Virus record (IMG/VR): IMGVR_UViG_2541047949_000001
Strand: one strand, 5' to 3'
Source: a virus
Lineage: Duplodnaviria; Heunggongvirae; Uroviricota; Caudoviricetes
Length of the DNA: 44,194 nucleotides
Shown piece by piece: positions 41,553 through 44,194 of the stretch (positions are counted from its first letter, which is position 1; each line of letters begins with the position of its first letter). A program made the translations under genes and the position numbers. The notes beneath the pieces are model-generated. The model was not told where the DNA came from. It did no database searches and saw nothing but the letters and a program-made list of their open reading frames with translations.

Positions 41553-43613
41553 ATGGCAGTACAGATTTCAGGCGTGCTGAAAGACGGTGCAGGAAAACCG
41601 ATACAGAACTGCACCATTCAGCTCAAAGCAAAACGTAACAGCACCACGGTTGTGGTGAACACGGTGGCCTCAGAAAATCCGGATGAAGCCGGACGTTACA
41701 GCATGGATGTCGAGTATGGCCAGTACAGCGTTATCCTGCTGGTTGAAGGTTTTCCGCCTTCACATGCCGGGGCCATCACCGTGTATGAGGATTCTAAGCC
41801 GGGGACATTGAATGATTTTCTGGGCGCTGCAACAGAAGATGATGTTCGTCCGGAGGCACTGTATCGTTTTGAAAAGATGGTGGAAGAGGTGGCACGCAAC
41901 GCTGAAGCCGCCTCTCAGAGCGCAGCGGCAGCAAAGAAATCAGAAACAGCAGCGGCATCGTCCAGGAATGCGGCGAAAACATCAGAGACGAATGCAGGTA
42001 ACAGCGCGAAAGCGGCAGCTTCTTCAAAAACAGCCGCACAAAACGCAGCAACAGCGGCAGAACGTTCAGAGACAAATGCCCGTGCGTCAGAAGAAGCCTC
42101 CGCAGACAGTGAAGAGGCTTCCCGCCGTAATGCAGAGTCAGCCGCTGAAAATGCCGGAGTCGCCACCACAAAAGCGCGGGAGGCCGCAGCAGACGCAACA
42201 AAGGCCGGGCAGAAAAAGGATGAGGCTCTGTCGGCAGCGACACGGGCTGAAAAGGCGGCAGACCGCGCAGAAGTCGCAGCGGAAGTGACTGCAGAGCCCT
42301 ATGCGAATATAGTGCCGCCGCTGCCTGATGTGTGGATACCGTTTAACGATTCACTGGATATGATTGCGGGTTTTTCTCCGGGCTATAAAAAAATAGCTAT
42401 TGGTGACGATGTGGTTCAGGTCGCCAGTGATAAACAGGTTAATTTCAGTCGCGCATCAACGGCAACATATATCAACAAATCTGGCGAACTGAAAACGGCG
42501 GAAATTAATGAGCCGCGATTTGAGTGTGATGGCCTGCTTATTGAGGGACAAAGAACGAACTACATGCTCAATTCGGAAAGTCCAGCCAGCTGGGGGAAGT
42601 CATCAAACATGGATGTGCCCGAAACCGGGACAGATAGTTTTGGTTTTACTTATGGAAAGTTTGTCTGCAACGATTCTCTGGTTGGGCAAACTTCGGCTAT
42701 TAATATGGCATCAATTGCTGCAACAAAGTCAGTTGATGTCTCAGGCGATAACAAGTACGTGACAACCTCATGCCGTTTTAAAACAGAACGACAGGTAAGG
42801 TTACGTATACGGTTTGATAAGTATGATGGTAGTGCAACAACTTTTCTTGGCGATGCGTACATTGATACGCAAACGCTTGAAATTAATATGACAGGTGGGG
42901 CTGCCGGCAGAATTACGGCACGAGTCAGGAAGGATAAGACCACAGGCTGGATTTTTGCAGAGGCAACGATTCAGGCAATTGATGGTGAGTTAAAAATAGG
43001 CTCTCAGATACAGTATTCTCCTGAGCGGGGTGGGGCAACAGTATCTGGTGACTATATTTATCTTGCCACCCCACAAGTAGAGAATGGGCCGTGTGTATCA
43101 TCATTTATTATTTCAGGAGGCAGCGCAACGACAAGAGCCAGTGATTTGGTTAGTATCCCCACCAGAAATAATCTTTATAAGTTACCATTTACTTTTTTAC
43201 TTGAGATTCATAAAAACTGGGATATTGCACCAAACGCCGCACCCCGCGTGTGGGATATAGCAGCAGCCAATACCGGGCAATCAGCAATTGCAGCAATCAA
43301 CAGAGGTAGTGGTAAGTTATATATGAGTCTGTCAAACCCTTCAGGCTTGTATGTTAATAGCGCAGCGACAGATGTATTTGCAGAGAAAACCACATTTGGA
43401 TGTATTGCAAAAGCTGATGGTCACTTTCATGTGGTGACAAATGGTAAAGCGGTTAATGAAGTTTATTGTGAATATAATGGTGTGACCGCTGATAAAAATA
43501 TCCGATTTGGAGGGCAGACGAATACTGGAGAACGACATCTGTTTGGCCATATTCGCAATTTCCGCATATGGCATAAAGAATTAAATGACAGGCAATTAAA
43601 AGAGGTCGTATGA
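41553..43613 (+). CDS. stf: Side tail fibre-like protein (Stf-type N-terminus, Ala/Ser-rich central region, distinct C-terminal domain)
   Basis: ATG with GGAG 5 nt upstream; N-terminus MAVQISGVLKDGAGKPIQNCTIQLKAKRNSTTVVVNTV... as lambda Stf; C-terminus ends ...HIRNFRIWHKELNDRQLKEV, reminiscent of a LamG/ConA-like fold. Confidence 0.75.
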   Translation: MAVQISGVLKDGAGKPIQNCTIQLKAKRNSTTVVVNTVASENPDEAGRYSMDVEYGQYSVILLVEGFPPSHAGAITVYEDSKPGTLNDFLGAATEDDVRPEALYRFEKMVEEVARNAEAASQSAAAAKKSETAAASSRNAAKTSETNAGNSAKAAASSKTAAQNAATAAERSETNARASEEASADSEEASRRNAESAAENAGVATTKAREAAADATKAGQKKDEALSAATRAEKAADRAEVAAEVTAEPYANIVPPLPDVWIPFNDSLDMIAGFSPGYKKIAIGDDVVQVASDKQVNFSRASTATYINKSGELKTAEINEPRFECDGLLIEGQRTNYMLNSESPASWGKSSNMDVPETGTDSFGFTYGKFVCNDSLVGQTSAINMASIAATKSVDVSGDNKYVTTSCRFKTERQVRLRIRFDKYDGSATTFLGDAYIDTQTLEINMTGGAAGRITARVRKDKTTGWIFAEATIQAIDGELKIGSQIQYSPERGGATVSGDYIYLATPQVENGPCVSSFIISGGSATTRASDLVSIPTRNNLYKLPFTFLLEIHKNWDIAPNAAPRVWDIAAANTGQSAIAAINRGSGKLYMSLSNPSGLYVNSAATDVFAEKTTFGCIAKADGHFHVVTNGKAVNEVYCEYNGVTADKNIRFGGQTNTGERHLFGHIRNFRIWHKELNDRQLKEVV

Positions 43614-43888
43614 AAGATTTAACTTTGAAGTTTCATGACAAACTGCAGTTTAAGGCCTTCCTGTCATCTCTTGACTGGGAGGAGGATGAAGACCTCCAGA
43701 ATAAACTGTTAGTCGATGAAATTGGTTTCACCTACACAGAAACAGGGGTAACAGAAGAGGGAGAACCTGTCTGTGTCCGGAATGACGGTTATTTTGTCAA
43801 CATTCGCATTCTTGATGACTTGTTTGATGTTTCTGTATTCTCTGATTATGTCGTGGAGCTGGAAACACCGCTTCGGGAATGGAGCTGA
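43610..43888 (+). CDS. Small acidic protein translationally coupled to the tail fibre gene (possible fibre chaperone)
   Basis: 92-aa ORF whose ATG overlaps the stf stop (ATGA); no family recognised. Confidence 0.4.
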   Translation: MKDLTLKFHDKLQFKAFLSSLDWEEDEDLQNKLLVDEIGFTYTETGVTEEGEPVCVRNDGYFVNIRILDDLFDVSVFSDYVVELETPLREWS

Positions 43889-43900
43889 AAGGAGGAAATA

Positions 43901-44194
43901 ATGGATATAAGCCCCTTACTTCATGCGCTTTGTGCTGTGGCTGCGCAGATACTGGTTGGTCTTTTTACCGGAAACTGGGCTTACGGAGCGATAGCCGGTT
44001 GTACGTTCTTCATTGCGCGTGAACATACCCAGGCAGAATATCGCTGGATTGAAATGTTCGGGCATGGCAAGCGAATGAATATGCCGTGGTGGGGCGGTTT
44101 TGATCCGCGAGCTTGGGATGTGGCAAGCCTGATGGATTTTGCTGTGCCGGTGGTGGCGTGTCTGCTGGTCTGGCTGTTGGTTAATCGTGGGTGA
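43901..44194 (+). CDS. Hypothetical membrane protein
   Basis: 97-aa ORF with hydrophobic segments at both ends; GGAGG upstream; window ends at its stop codon. Confidence 0.4.
   Translation: MDISPLLHALCAVAAQILVGLFTGNWAYGAIAGCTFFIAREHTQAEYRWIEMFGHGKRMNMPWWGGFDPRAWDVASLMDFAVPVVACLLVWLLVNRG

Overview
The window is an almost complete, mosaic lambdoid prophage running from the integrase stop codon (position 1) to a tail-fibre region (44194). It carries lambda-like int/xis, Red recombination genes (exo, bet, gam), kil, cIII, ral, sieB, O/P replication genes with ori iterons, ren and ninB. The immunity region is not lambda's: a P22/21-type N with nutL/nutR, a LexA-like cI, an XRE-type cro and a chimeric cII. 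Downstream lie a DLP12-like nin/Q/lysis block (Dam-like methyltransferase, rusA, ylcG, Q, intact nmpC porin, holin, SAR-endolysin, Rz/Rz1, bor), cos, and a full lambda-like head and tail set (nu1 through J) plus a side-tail-fibre-like gene. Two identical 1250-bp IS911-like elements sit in direct orientation, each with its own 3-bp target duplication; one splits ea10. The best candidate for an undescribed system is an AT-rich two-gene operon (8723..10029) co-transcribed downstream of cI in the rexAB position, which I could not assign to any family. All gene names rest on recalled protein sequences and gene order, not on a database search. No CRISPR array, tRNA or rRNA was found.
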